41,955 nt of DNA from Cellvibrionales bacterium UBA7375 (GCA_002469845.1 DKNZ01000043.1:6262-48216); one strand, 5' to 3'. Shown: positions 19,401 through 28,973, counted from the stretch's first letter. A program made the numbers and translations. The notes: generated from the letters alone by a model not told the origin.

Positions 19401-20268
19401 AAGATTGCTGATGGCTACAGATTTTTCAGTCGACAAGCTATGGATTGCCGAGCGAGACATAGGATCACTTTCATTTGAATTAAGAATAGAGCCCTCCGGA
19501 GCATTATTTAACAATATAATAGGAAATATTTTTGGCTTAGAGCCCGGTGTTTATTCTAAGGAAGCCCCCACTGATTTTTTCTGGGGTTATGATGGTAAAA
19601 ATCATTTAAGTAAGCTGGTAGGTCCTATAGGCATTAATAATATAGGCGATTTATTCAGTTCATTTGATCTGCCCCAGGTATTAGATAGTCAGTCTGGAAG
19701 ATTAGATGCCGATATAACCTGGCGTGGAGAGCCATGGACAATAAATAAAGATAATCTTATCGGTGATTTTAAAATTAGCTTAATCGATGGTAATTTTTAT
19801 CGTACACCTGGGGGTGCCGGAACGGCACTCAAGCTAGTCGGATTATTTAATTTCGCCAACTGGCTTCGACGGTTACAGTTGGATTTTTCTGATGTGATTG
19901 GTCAAAATTTAGCCTATAACCGCTTGGATGGCAGCTTAAGTTTTGATCAATCAGTCCTTACTTTAGAAGAGCCCTTAAAAATTAAAATGCCATCGGGGCG
20001 AATGAGTATGGTAGGGGATTTTGATTTTCATTTTGAAACAGTTGATGCGCAACTTGTGGCGACACTTCCAGTGGCAACCAATTTGCCCTGGTTAGTTGGC
20101 TTAACAGGGGGGCTACCAGCAGCCTTAGGCGTTTATGCCACTAGTAAATTAGTTGAAAAGCAGGTTGATCGTCTCTCGAGTATAAGTTATGAGATCACAG
20201 GCCCTTGGGATGATGTTGAGGTGTCGGTGGATAAAATATTTGCCGACGAACTTCCCCAAACCAAATAA
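16429..20268 (+). CDS. yhdP: YhdP AsmA-like intermembrane phospholipid bridge protein
   Basis: 1279 aa, single N-terminal TM helix, beta-rich body, C-terminal RRLQLDFSD and YEITGPWDD; canonical position after rng. Confidence 0.88.
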   Translation: MIKNIAKKIKLLTQWFGLVGALLIIGMVVLIFIGRQTIGQLDDLRPSVQSFIASNTGFKVNLGPLSGEWPQLIPVINIQGVELIDSQQEPVLSLQGARADLDLFSSIRVGSPIWRDLAIDHLEINFFENDQGHWQLKGFSDESETDLNIILEPFLYSRHIRLKSITVNLYSFTGQKNQFFGSQMLIENDEDFHRMQLSVSVTEDDNPAYLVLEALGNLSDLDSFNAEGYLELKGLDLSESLKVLTQSLFPNVPPTLDKFSIKTDGEIWLDLHPGWQLDYKGKLSLSKVPLNWLAEDIPPVTDIKTTMIGWYKPGKDWSARLQDLEFDIGKTSIDEPVNILYTQKLGSRGQEFDVSINHINLELVTDLIYETDFLPTKTLETLKTINPRGNISSLSMGQSEEGLYVFANLDGCYIQPFKGVPGVKEIHGYIELKDKNGLFHIEDNDGFEILFPKSYRDYLAFKQAKGSIYFDWQSQNQLIVHSDSIHSQLEFGHSQLQFSIEQPISDEKIAADFNLLIGAENLDLSLTKNYLPFTMPVRSSKWVKNAVKEGNLKQFGLLFRSGPPRNNSLSRTLKLLLDTENASVKFNPNWPQFNQLDGLFLLDGGNLSAQINSAYLGQAAVSQTRIEYSVKSPVEQRKWIIDGRLDADLPSMIDILVQSPLKGNLGPMVNWSFGGDTKTQLHIELPSYIPDNSKPPTTVYRVTSSIDNGKMTITDSPIILDKLSGEIEFTSSSGIFSDNLNALLWDKPFTAKLYRDDQQQMSFATALAPKSLNQFVDFPWQNIITDTITLNGLLAKDLDNPSKTVLDVKSDMKDVAINLPPPIGKDRDQSQQLELKLYFEPSLIQLKGKLGQRLISDIRFEQGSLKRGVISYDNPLTMPDQEGLLILAKFPTIDFKSWQPLSDLIAQTPKRSDSLETLFDLELAQWKVSGLQLSEVNVRIKPVTQGLDAVFTSDLADGSVTLFRDSNQPTKIALNRLELPNRLEDSSALDPRLLMATDFSVDKLWIAERDIGSLSFELRIEPSGALFNNIIGNIFGLEPGVYSKEAPTDFFWGYDGKNHLSKLVGPIGINNIGDLFSSFDLPQVLDSQSGRLDADITWRGEPWTINKDNLIGDFKISLIDGNFYRTPGGAGTALKLVGLFNFANWLRRLQLDFSDVIGQNLAYNRLDGSLSFDQSVLTLEEPLKIKMPSGRMSMVGDFDFHFETVDAQLVATLPVATNLPWLVGLTGGLPAALGVYATSKLVEKQVDRLSSISYEITGPWDDVEVSVDKIFADELPQTK

Positions 20269-20297
20269 TAACAAAATAGTAATCATTTAGGATTCTT

Positions 20298-21131
20298 ATG
20301 AAAAATATCGTAAAAGTGGCTGCTATACAGTCTCGACCATTAAACCAATTAGAGGCTAACCTCAATCAAATTCAAAAGTTATTAGTTGAGGCTTCAAGGC
20401 AACAGGCAAGGATAGCTGTTCTGCCAGAAAACTTTGCTTATTACGGTCAACAAGATTTGCAATCAATTGGTTTTCAGGAGGCTTTAGATAGTGGACCCGT
20501 TAGGCAATTTTTAAGTGAACAGGCCCAACGTTTAAAGCTGTGGATTATCGGCGGAACAGTTCCGTTAGGGGATAAAAGATCTAAGCCAGTGGCAAGGTCG
20601 CTGGTATACGACCCCTGTGGCCAGTGTATTAATCATTACGATAAGATCCATTTGTTTGATGCCGATGTTCATTCAGAAAATAACCAGCAAGCTTATCGTG
20701 AATCTGATTCCTATAGTTATGGCACGGCTATTAAAACGGTTAAAACAGACTTTTGTAAGCTAGGAATGTCTGTTTGCTATGATTTGAGGTTTGCTGCATT
20801 GTACCATCATTTAAGAGTAGCCGGGTCCCAGGTAGTTACAGTTCCAGCTGCATTTACCGCTATTACCGGTAGAGATCATTGGCAGCTTTTACTTAGAGCA
20901 CGGGCTGTAGAAAACCAATTTTTTATGATAGGTGCTAATTTAGTTGACAGAACCAGTAGTTCACGTGGTCTTTGGGGTGGAAGTGCAATTATTGATCCCT
21001 GGGGTACAGTGATTGCCAAAATTGATGATGACATTGGTGTAGTTTCTGCTGATATTAATTTAAATATGATTGATGATATTAGAACCAGAATGCCAGTTCA
21101 TAATCACGGGCGGCTAATGTTTAAAAATTAA
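20298..21131 (+). CDS. Carbon-nitrogen hydrolase (Nit1-like, probable deaminated glutathione amidase)
   Basis: Glu-Lys-Cys triad motifs LPENF, YDKIHLFD and VCYDLRF; HWQLLLRARAVEN; IIDPWG. Confidence 0.9.
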   Translation: MKNIVKVAAIQSRPLNQLEANLNQIQKLLVEASRQQARIAVLPENFAYYGQQDLQSIGFQEALDSGPVRQFLSEQAQRLKLWIIGGTVPLGDKRSKPVARSLVYDPCGQCINHYDKIHLFDADVHSENNQQAYRESDSYSYGTAIKTVKTDFCKLGMSVCYDLRFAALYHHLRVAGSQVVTVPAAFTAITGRDHWQLLLRARAVENQFFMIGANLVDRTSSSRGLWGGSAIIDPWGTVIAKIDDDIGVVSADINLNMIDDIRTRMPVHNHGRLMFKN

Positions 21132-21628
21132 TCGGCTAGTTGCCTGATATATTGAAATAATTTCTCATTTGCGGATGAGTGCTTGTTGAGAGATTTATCC
21201 CGACAAGTCTGTCTTTGAAGGCTTCTAAGCTGTTGTCTGTCAGCCTCTGGATAGTGCCCAATAAAATCCTCGATGGCATCATTTCCCTCAATGATTAAGC
21301 GATCTCGCCATTGTTCAAGCTTAGCAAAGTGTTGGCGAAAGGTTTGAGATTGATGATTGAGTTTATCTAGAGAATATTTAATTTCAGTAACATCAGTGCT
21401 GCGTAAAAGCTTGCCTATATATTGAATTTGTCGGCGTCTTGCATCCAAATTCTTTAATCGTCTAGCTTCTTTGATAGCTGCTTTCAAAGAATCATCAAGA
21501 ATAATTTTTTCGAGTTGCGATTTAGGTAATAACACTAGCTGTTCACCCATATTTCGCAGCTCTTGATTCTCTCTTTTGAGCTGAGATCTGCTGGGTAGAT
21601 CTAATGATTCGTTGAGTAAATCAGACAT
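21128..21628 (-). CDS. yjgA: Ribosome biogenesis factor YjgA (DarP)
   Basis: SRSQLKRE, RRRQIQYIGKLLR, LEQWRDRLI and DRQQLRSL. Confidence 0.92.
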   Translation of the reverse strand: MSDLLNESLDLPSRSQLKRENQELRNMGEQLVLLPKSQLEKIILDDSLKAAIKEARRLKNLDARRRQIQYIGKLLRSTDVTEIKYSLDKLNHQSQTFRQHFAKLEQWRDRLIIEGNDAIEDFIGHYPEADRQQLRSLQRQTCRDKSLNKHSSANEKLFQYIRQLAD

Positions 21629-22977
21629 TAGTTAAGAAATAATGTTGCAAGGCCAAGGAACGAAATAAAGCCTACTACATCAGTAATTGTGGTTAGGATA
21701 ACCGTTCCTGCAAGAGCGGGATCAATTTTAAGAGATTTAAGCATTACCGGAAGTAATGTCCCCGTAAGTGCAGCTGCCATCAAATTTATCGCCATAGCAA
21801 GACCAATAATAAGAGCCATAGTTGCATCTTGAAACCACAGGGATACTACACATCCCACGATAAGGGCATAAAGTAGCCCGTTAAGGGCACCCACAGCAAA
21901 TTCTTTACTGAGTAGAAAGTTTAGGTTGCCTCGCTCAATTTGACCAAGGGCCATACCCCGTATAACTACGGTTAACGTCTGGCTTCCTGCCACACCCCCC
22001 ATACTGGCAACAATAGGCATCAAAATTGCCAGTGCCACCACTTTATCCAAAGTATCCTCAAATAGGCTAATAGCAGTTGAGGCAAATATAGCGGTCAGAA
22101 GATTAACTCCCAACCATACGGCACGCCGTGGAACGGTTTTGCCAATCGAGGAAAAGGTATCTTCGGTGTCACTAAGACCGGCCATCGCCAGTAAAGAGTG
22201 ATCGGCATCTTCAACAATAACATCAACCACATCATCAATGGTGATTCGACCCACTAGGCGATTTTCATCGTCCACTACAGGCGCAGAAACTAAATCATGG
22301 CGCTGAAACAACTGTGCCACTTCAGAGTCAGTAAGATTGACATGGATACCTCGTACCTCGGTATTTATGACTTCCCTTACGCTAGTAGTTGGCGATGATG
22401 TCAGTAACATTCCCAATGGCAGATTGCCAACAAAAGTATCATCACGATTAACCACAAAAAGGTTATCAGTAATTTCTGGAATTTCCTCAAAACGACGAAG
22501 ATAGCGCAGGACAACATCAACAGTAATATCCGGACGAACGGTTATAACCTCAGTGTCCATAAGGCCGCCAGCGGTATCTTCATCGTAAGTAAGAACTGAC
22601 TCAACCCGTTGTCTATCCTGCGCCGACATGGCTTGTAAAACCTCAGGAATTACGCGATCGGGTAATTGCTGAAGGATATCCACAATGTCATCGACATCCA
22701 GACCTTCGGTTATGGATGCAACTTCAGCACTATCCATTTCATCTAAAAATTCTAATCTTATATCATCGGATAACTCATGAATAACTTCTCCAGATATTTC
22801 AGGATCAACAAGTTCCCAAAGGATTCTTCTGTATTTAGGAGGAGCAGTTTCTAACTGATGGGCAACATCGGGTGGGGATAAATTATTGAGGGTGTGCCTG
22901 ACTTGATTTAACGTCACCGAATCGATGGCGCTACCAAGTTGTGACAGTAGATTGTTATATTGCGTTGCCTGAGTCAT
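21628..22977 (-). CDS. mgtE: Magnesium transporter MgtE
   Basis: TAGGLM, CBS pair with GRITIDDVVDVI, MGGVAGSQ, DPALA and TTITDVVG. Confidence 0.95.
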   Translation of the reverse strand: MTQATQYNNLLSQLGSAIDSVTLNQVRHTLNNLSPPDVAHQLETAPPKYRRILWELVDPEISGEVIHELSDDIRLEFLDEMDSAEVASITEGLDVDDIVDILQQLPDRVIPEVLQAMSAQDRQRVESVLTYDEDTAGGLMDTEVITVRPDITVDVVLRYLRRFEEIPEITDNLFVVNRDDTFVGNLPLGMLLTSSPTTSVREVINTEVRGIHVNLTDSEVAQLFQRHDLVSAPVVDDENRLVGRITIDDVVDVIVEDADHSLLAMAGLSDTEDTFSSIGKTVPRRAVWLGVNLLTAIFASTAISLFEDTLDKVVALAILMPIVASMGGVAGSQTLTVVIRGMALGQIERGNLNFLLSKEFAVGALNGLLYALIVGCVVSLWFQDATMALIIGLAMAINLMAAALTGTLLPVMLKSLKIDPALAGTVILTTITDVVGFISFLGLATLFLN

Positions 22978-23079
22978 GATCTATTTCCTCAAAAGCCCAA
23001 TAAGCACTAGTGAATCGATAGTTTAACCTAAAAGGCAGTAGGATGCCTTGCTATAGCAAGTAAATTTGACTTGCGAGGG

Positions 23080-23349
23080 TTATTTTCCCTCGCCGAAATA
23101 GTCAGCGAGTAGTCGGGTAATCATACTACATGCTTCATCCTCATCAGGCCCGTCAAATTCAAAAATAAGTTCAGTACCCTGACTAGCCGCCAAGAGTAAT
23201 AGCGACATAATACTTTTTGCATCTACTAGTGGTAATTCTGTACCAGTTTTTATACTAGATTCATAACGACCGGCAAGGGATGCCAGTTTAGTTGCAGCTC
23301 GGGCGTGTAATCCGAGCTCATTGATTATGGGTAATTTACAGTTAATCAT
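23080..23349 (-). CDS. ptsO: Phosphocarrier protein NPr/HPr
   Basis: NELGLHARAA (phospho-His) and DAKSIMSLL; located in the rpoN operon. Confidence 0.9.
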   Translation of the reverse strand: MINCKLPIINELGLHARAATKLASLAGRYESSIKTGTELPLVDAKSIMSLLLLAASQGTELIFEFDGPDEDEACSMITRLLADYFGEGK

Positions 23350-23365
23350 TATTTTTACCTATGTA

Positions 23366-24229
23366 TCACTGACTAGCAATTTCTTTATGAATCACTTGAA
23401 CAAAACTGTACTGTTTAGAGAAGTGTTCATGAAGACGATTAGCCATATAAACAGACCGATGTTGCCCTCCCGTACAACCAATGGATACAGTCAAATAACT
23501 GCGGTTATTTGACTGAAATTTAGGAATCCAGCGTGTCAGGTAGCCAATAATGTCGGCCAACATAGAAGCTACATCAACTTGGCTTTCAAGAAAAGTAATT
23601 ACCCCCAAATCATTGCCAGTTTGAGTTCGCAGCTCTGCTTTCCAATATGGATTAGGCAAGCACCTAACATCAAACACAAAGTCAGAACCATTGGGTATTC
23701 GTTCTTTGAAACCAAAGCTTTCAAATAAAATAGTCATTTGTTGTTGGTTGTTAGGGATAATAGTGTTTTTAACTAAATCACGTAGTTGGTGAAGTGTAAG
23801 CCCAGAAGTATCAATGGTTAGACTGGCTACTTTAGCAATAGGGGCGATAATATTTTCCTCTAAATCAATCGCCTCTTTAAGCCCTATGGTATTACTACTC
23901 AGTGGATGCTTACGTCTAGTCTCAGAATAACGACGAAGTAAGTCAGCGCGTTGAGCTTTCAAAAATATCACATCAACTTGAACCCCAGTATCTTCAATAG
24001 TACTCAGTATATTTGGGATCTTAGATAGGTCTCCCATAAGATTACGGGCATCTATACCTACAGCTAACTCAAATTGTGAATCACGACTATCGGCCTTTAA
24101 CTGATTAATTAATTCTGGTAATAGGCTTGAGGGCAAATTATCTATGCAGGTAAAACCAACATCCTCAAGAATATTGAGTGCAGACGTCTTTCCCGAACCT
24201 GAGTGTCCACTAATAACGATAAGTCTCAT
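23366..24229 (-). CDS. rapZ: RNase adapter RapZ (P-loop NTPase)
   Basis: SGHSGSGKT, CIDNLP, ETRRKHPL, FDVRCLPNPYW and IGCTGGQHRSV. Confidence 0.96.
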   Translation of the reverse strand: MRLIVISGHSGSGKTSALNILEDVGFTCIDNLPSSLLPELINQLKADSRDSQFELAVGIDARNLMGDLSKIPNILSTIEDTGVQVDVIFLKAQRADLLRRYSETRRKHPLSSNTIGLKEAIDLEENIIAPIAKVASLTIDTSGLTLHQLRDLVKNTIIPNNQQQMTILFESFGFKERIPNGSDFVFDVRCLPNPYWKAELRTQTGNDLGVITFLESQVDVASMLADIIGYLTRWIPKFQSNNRSYLTVSIGCTGGQHRSVYMANRLHEHFSKQYSFVQVIHKEIASQ

Positions 24230-24699
24230 TATTTTTGCATACGCTCCAAGGCTAAAACTGTATTAAAAAGTAAGTCATCATTGTCGCAGTCGCGAAGTTT
24301 TTTCCGTGAGGGCTCATCCTGTACAATATTGGCGATTCTAGCAAGAGTGCTGAGGTGTTCATCGTTTTTTTCCTCAGGCACTACCAGAGCAAATACTAAA
24401 TCTACCGGCTCATCGTCAATCGCATCAAACTCCACAGGGGTTGTTAGTTTCGCCAAAAAACAATATATCTTCTTAATCCCTGGTGTGCGGCAATGTGGAA
24501 TAGCAACGCCATTGCCAAGACCTGTGCTACCTAATTTTTCGCGTGATACAAAGTTATCAAATAAAAGGTTGCAGAGTTCATCGTTGCCACCCAACTCTGC
24601 AGTTATCATCTGAGCGATATTTTCAAGAATACGTTTTTTACTACGCCCTGGAAAATTACAACTAGTAAGTCCCAGACTAAGTACATCGGAAATTTTCAT
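24229..24699 (-). CDS. ptsN: PTS EIIA-Ntr
   Basis: SKKRILE, REKLGSTGLGNGVAIPH and FDAIDDEPVDL. Confidence 0.93.
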   Translation of the reverse strand: MKISDVLSLGLTSCNFPGRSKKRILENIAQMITAELGGNDELCNLLFDNFVSREKLGSTGLGNGVAIPHCRTPGIKKIYCFLAKLTTPVEFDAIDDEPVDLVFALVVPEEKNDEHLSTLARIANIVQDEPSRKKLRDCDNDDLLFNTVLALERMQK

Positions 24700-24707
24700 A
24701 TTTTAAT

Positions 24708-24995
24708 TTAATGATCTCTATGTTTTTCTTTATATTTTATTAATTGTCGATCTAATTTATCACTAAGAGCGTCAATAGCAGCATAAAGGTCTTCATGTTC
24801 TGCATTGGCAAATAACTCACCGCCTGAAACATGAATAGTGGCCTCAGCTTTTTGGGAAAGTTTTTCAACGCTTAAGATAACCGCAGTGCTATTAATATGA
24901 TCATAGTGACGTTCTAACTTGGCTAACTTGGTAGTAACGTATTCACGAATTGGATCAGTTACTTCTAGATGATGTCCGCTAATTGTCATGTGCAT
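24708..24995 (-). CDS. hpf: Ribosome hibernation promoting factor (short HPF)
   Basis: ISGHHLEVT, KLAKLERH and DLYAAID...KLDRQL; follows rpoN. Confidence 0.95.
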   Translation of the reverse strand: MHMTISGHHLEVTDPIREYVTTKLAKLERHYDHINSTAVILSVEKLSQKAEATIHVSGGELFANAEHEDLYAAIDALSDKLDRQLIKYKEKHRDH

Positions 24996-25009
24996 AATGT
25001 TCTCCTTGG

Positions 25010-26530
25010 TTACACTTTATTCATAAATCTTTTCCTCTGACTCGACGAGGGGATGTTCATGCTTTCGCGATATTTAGCAACTGTGCGACGAGCGACTTGA
25101 ATTCCTTGATCGGCTAAAAGAGAAGTCAGTTTATTGTCACTTAATGGCTTACAAGGACGTTCTGCTTCAATTAGCATTTTCAGAATAGCGCAAACCGCTG
25201 TTGATGAACACTCCCCACCATCTGAAGTTCCAACATGACTAGAAAAGAAATATTTGAGCTCAAAAATTCCTTGCGGTGTTGCCATATATTTTTTTGTAGT
25301 CACCCTTGAAATTGTAGATTCGTGCAGGTCGAGCTGTTCGGCGATTTCTGAGAGTACCAATGGCTTCATTGCTATGGGGCCATGCTCCAAAAAACCTTTC
25401 TGGAAATCTACGATTGCCATAGTAACTTGCGTTAGAGTGTCATTGCGACTTTCAAGGCTACGAATAAACCAGCGCGCTTCATTCAAATTCTTCTTCAAAA
25501 ACTGATTTTCAGCACTGTCATCTGCTCGCCTAACCAGGTCACTATAGGTTTGATTGATTTTAATACGCGGTATATTGCTATTATTTAGCCTTACCTCCCA
25601 ACGATCCTGAAGTTTTTCTATATACACATCGGGCACGATATATTCTGTATTATCTGCCGCCAGCTTCTCACCTGGCCTGGGATTTAATGTTCGAATTAAT
25701 TCAAGACCCTGTTGCAGACAAACCTGATCGACCTTACTTTTTCTTACCAACTTAGCAAGCTCAGTTGAAGCGATATCTTCCAAGAAATCATCAACCAACA
25801 ATTTTGCTTCTTGAAGATAGGGAGTTTCATCGCTAAGTTGATTTAATTGAATAGATAGACACTCTTTGAGATCCCTGGCAAAAATTCCTGGAGGATCAAA
25901 TTGCTGGAGTCTTTTTAAAACAGCAACTAATTCATCATCCTGTAACGGATCATCTTTATTTTGTTCTTTTAAATGTGCCGTGATTTCCTGAAGGTCGTTA
26001 GATAAGAAACCATTGTCATTTACAGCGTCAATAAAGGCTTCTGAAACGGCTTTATCGCGATCTGATAATGTAATCAAATTAAGCTGCCAAAAAAGGTGAT
26101 CTTGAAGAGATTCAGTGACCTGATAAACTGAATCTAAATTAAAGTCATTGTCATTTGATAGGGGCTTGGTTGCTGCGCTAGTTGCCTCGCTCCAATTACT
26201 ATCAATAGGTAAATTGTCCGAGTTGTCTGTTTCCCAAGTTGTTTCTGTATTGCCACTTACATGCTCTGATGAGTCCTGTGCTTGAGTGTAATTTTCTTCA
26301 GGATCATCGTTATCAAAACTTACATCATCGGTTCCAGAAATAATATCCTGCTGAATTTGATCTTTTACTCCCTCTTGCTCATCAGTTTCCAATAGAGGAT
26401 TATTATAAAGCTGCTCGATTATCTCTTGTTCAAGGTCAAGCGTGGATAGCTGCAGCAATTTAATTGCTTGCTGCAGTTGCGGAGTCATGTTTAGTTGCTG
26501 ACTAAACTTAAGCTGAAGGCCTTGCCGCAT
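25010..26530 (-). CDS. rpoN: RNA polymerase sigma-54 factor
   Basis: Region I MTPQLQQAIKLLQLS, HTH LHESTISRV and RpoN box ARRTVAKYRE. Confidence 0.98.
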   Translation of the reverse strand: MRQGLQLKFSQQLNMTPQLQQAIKLLQLSTLDLEQEIIEQLYNNPLLETDEQEGVKDQIQQDIISGTDDVSFDNDDPEENYTQAQDSSEHVSGNTETTWETDNSDNLPIDSNWSEATSAATKPLSNDNDFNLDSVYQVTESLQDHLFWQLNLITLSDRDKAVSEAFIDAVNDNGFLSNDLQEITAHLKEQNKDDPLQDDELVAVLKRLQQFDPPGIFARDLKECLSIQLNQLSDETPYLQEAKLLVDDFLEDIASTELAKLVRKSKVDQVCLQQGLELIRTLNPRPGEKLAADNTEYIVPDVYIEKLQDRWEVRLNNSNIPRIKINQTYSDLVRRADDSAENQFLKKNLNEARWFIRSLESRNDTLTQVTMAIVDFQKGFLEHGPIAMKPLVLSEIAEQLDLHESTISRVTTKKYMATPQGIFELKYFFSSHVGTSDGGECSSTAVCAILKMLIEAERPCKPLSDNKLTSLLADQGIQVARRTVAKYRESMNIPSSSQRKRFMNKV

Positions 26531-26619
26531 AATTAAAAAAACTTTTTAGTTGCTATATATTTAATGTTAGTGCTGAAATGGCGTGTAAAGCAAGAATTGA
26601 AAAAATAAATTCTTTCCTG

Positions 26620-27345
26620 TTACATAGTAAAGTTGTCACCTAGATAGGTATCTCGAACTTTTTGATCAGATAAAATGTGTGCAGTAGTGCCCTCTGCAAT
26701 AACATGGCCCTCCCCAATAATATAAGCGCGAGTACAGATGTCTAGAGTTTCGCGTACATTGTGATCAGTAATTAAAACGCCAATCCCTTTATCGCTTAGA
26801 TGACGAATAATGCTTTTAATATCGTTGACTGAAATGGGATCAACACCAGCAAATGGTTCATCTAAGAGAATAAATTTCGGATCCGTGGCTAATGCGCGAG
26901 CTATTTCTACCCTTCGTCTCTCACCACCAGAAAGACTCATACCATAGGATTCGGTTAAGTGGGTAATATGAAACTCATTGAGTAAGCTATCTAATTTTTC
27001 AAGTCGTTGTTGAGTATTTAAATCTTTTCGCATTTCTAGAATAGCCAAAATATTATCACTGACTGAAAGTTTTCTAAAGATTGATGGCTCTTGGGGCAAG
27101 TAACCTAATCCTTTACGAGCTCGCCCATGCATGGGTAGCTCAGAAATATCTAGATTATCAATAAGTATCTGTCCACCATCCTGTCGCACCAAGCCAATAG
27201 TCATATAGAAACAGGTCGTCTTGCCGGCACCATTAGGTCCGAGTATCCCAACAACTTCGCCTTGGCTGACAGAAAAAGATACATCCTTGACAACTGGACG
27301 CTTACCATAGCTTTTGGATAAATGAGTTGCAGCTAAGACAGTCAT
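26620..27345 (-). CDS. lptB: LPS export ABC transporter ATPase
   Basis: [39 protein letters not shown] and TDHNVRETL. Confidence 0.97.
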   Translation of the reverse strand: MTVLAATHLSKSYGKRPVVKDVSFSVSQGEVVGILGPNGAGKTTCFYMTIGLVRQDGGQILIDNLDISELPMHGRARKGLGYLPQEPSIFRKLSVSDNILAILEMRKDLNTQQRLEKLDSLLNEFHITHLTESYGMSLSGGERRRVEIARALATDPKFILLDEPFAGVDPISVNDIKSIIRHLSDKGIGVLITDHNVRETLDICTRAYIIGEGHVIAEGTTAHILSDQKVRDTYLGDNFTM

Positions 27346-27884
27346 CGAGAGTTACTCGCTTCATTCATAGTAGGGTTACTCTGATTAGCATCATCAGTTT
27401 TAGGGGGTGGTATAACCAATTGAATACGTTTTTGATCACTTTGATTACCGCCTTTTGCCCGCCAAGTCTCGCTTATAATATCATAATTGATGCGCTCTCC
27501 CTTGATTAGGGTACCGTTTGTAGAAAGCGAAGCATCTGACTTGAGGTTGATTATTTTTTCTTTGGGTAGGTATTCAATGGTACCCGCACGGGCTAAAATT
27601 AGACTGCCGGCAACAGATTCTTGCTGATAACTAGCTGGATTACCATTGCAAAGAATAAGAGTTACTTCGTTATCCTCGTAATAAACATTTACGCTATTGG
27701 CATCGATAATAAGTGAGCCCTGATGTATAACTACATTTCCAGAATATTGAGTGTGTCCTGTTTTTTCATTTCTTTCAGCAGAATCAGATTCAATAGTAAT
27801 TGTTTGATTATTATCGCCAGTGAACGACAAACAAGCGCAAGAGAAAGCTAAGCAAAAAACAGATAGAAACTTAGATAGCGTCAT
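27342..27884 (-). CDS. lptA: LPS transport periplasmic protein LptA
   Basis: Signal peptide, [25 protein letters not shown] and GERINYD; synteny. Confidence 0.88.
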   Translation of the reverse strand: MTLSKFLSVFCLAFSCACLSFTGDNNQTITIESDSAERNEKTGHTQYSGNVVIHQGSLIIDANSVNVYYEDNEVTLILCNGNPASYQQESVAGSLILARAGTIEYLPKEKIINLKSDASLSTNGTLIKGERINYDIISETWRAKGGNQSDQKRIQLVIPPPKTDDANQSNPTMNEASNSR

Positions 27885-28440
27885 GAATAGCTTTCACTCT
27901 ATTTACTATTTTAAATATTTTGCTTTCAAAGTTTGCAGAGATTGACTCGCCAGTTATTTCAGTATCTGGAGTAGTGAATTGAATGCCGCCATCAGCTGAA
28001 GCGTTATCATCTTTGATTGAATATGAGAGCCTTGCTGCTTTTAAAACGGATTCTCCCCTTAAATTCTTCCAATTTGCATTAACATCGCCTTTAAATTGAA
28101 ATTTCTGAGCATTTTTGGAAAAAATTCCCTGATTAGCTTCCACTGTTAATTGATTTTTCTGCTGACCTGTTCCGTGAAAAACAAGTATAGGTTGAGAGAG
28201 TTTAACTTCAGAAAGACCGCTAAATAATGATATCTCGGTGGCCTTTAATGAGTATTTTTTTTTGCCACCAGAGGAAAAAATAAAGGTCTTGACATTACGC
28301 ATATAGCTATCAGCGCTAGGAGATTTTTCAATTTTACCACTATCTGGACGTAAGAAAGATTCGGGCTTACTCTCCCATAAAAGTAGAAAGCTTGCGGTCA
28401 TCATAACTAGGCAAGCCATTAAAAAAAATTGTTTAATCAT
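27871..28440 (-). CDS. lptC: LPS export protein LptC
   Basis: Single N-terminal TM helix and beta-jellyroll-like body, between kdsC and lptA. Confidence 0.8.
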   Translation of the reverse strand: MIKQFFLMACLVMMTASFLLLWESKPESFLRPDSGKIEKSPSADSYMRNVKTFIFSSGGKKKYSLKATEISLFSGLSEVKLSQPILVFHGTGQQKNQLTVEANQGIFSKNAQKFQFKGDVNANWKNLRGESVLKAARLSYSIKDDNASADGGIQFTTPDTEITGESISANFESKIFKIVNRVKAIHDAI

Positions 28441-28973
28441 TGATAGGATGCCAGAAGTGAGTCCAGCTTGCCTTGAGCGCCTAATATTAGCTCAGCTACT
28501 TCTCTGACTGCGCCATTTCCCCCTGCTTTTTTAGTTTGCCACAATGCTTGACTGGCAAGAATATGGTTGCCATTTGCTGGAGTAATACCCAATCCAACAC
28601 GACGAATCACGGCTAAATCTGGGAGATCATCACCCATAAAAGCAATTTCAGACAGGTCAATACTTTCGTGACTCAGAATTTCGTCTAGAGCGTCTAACTT
28701 ATCCTCACGACCTTGAATTACGGTATCAATATTAAGCTCATCGGCTCGGCGTTTTAAAAGCTTGGAGGTGCGACCAGTAATAATTCCAATCTTTATTCCA
28801 GCGCGTTGAAGGAGTTTAATGCCTAAGCCATCTTGAATATCAAATGCTTTTAACTCTTCCCCGTTATTACCGTAATAGAGTCGACCATCAGTCATAACTC
28901 CATCCACATCCAATATAAGAATTTTAATTTTTTGAGCAGCTTTTATTACTGTTGAAGGATAATTTTCATTCAT
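28437..28973 (-). CDS. kdsC: KDO 8-phosphate phosphatase (HAD family)
   Basis: LDVDGVMTDG, DGLGIK, FMGDDLPD and GGNGAVREVAE. Confidence 0.95.
   Translation of the reverse strand: MNENYPSTVIKAAQKIKILILDVDGVMTDGRLYYGNNGEELKAFDIQDGLGIKLLQRAGIKIGIITGRTSKLLKRRADELNIDTVIQGREDKLDALDEILSHESIDLSEIAFMGDDLPDLAVIRRVGLGITPANGNHILASQALWQTKKAGGNGAVREVAELILGAQGKLDSLLASYQ

Noticed and set aside
14966-21131. Visibly more AT-rich, divergent rng-yhdP-nit stretch as a possible horizontally acquired island
   Set aside because: The genes are in canonical synteny with no integrase, tRNA or flanking repeats; better explained by weaker codon bias and faster evolution.
26531-26619. Possible sigma54 autoregulatory site upstream of rpoN (TGGCGT...GCAA)
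   Set aside because: Does not fit TGGCAC-N5-TTGC in spacing or sequence on either strand.
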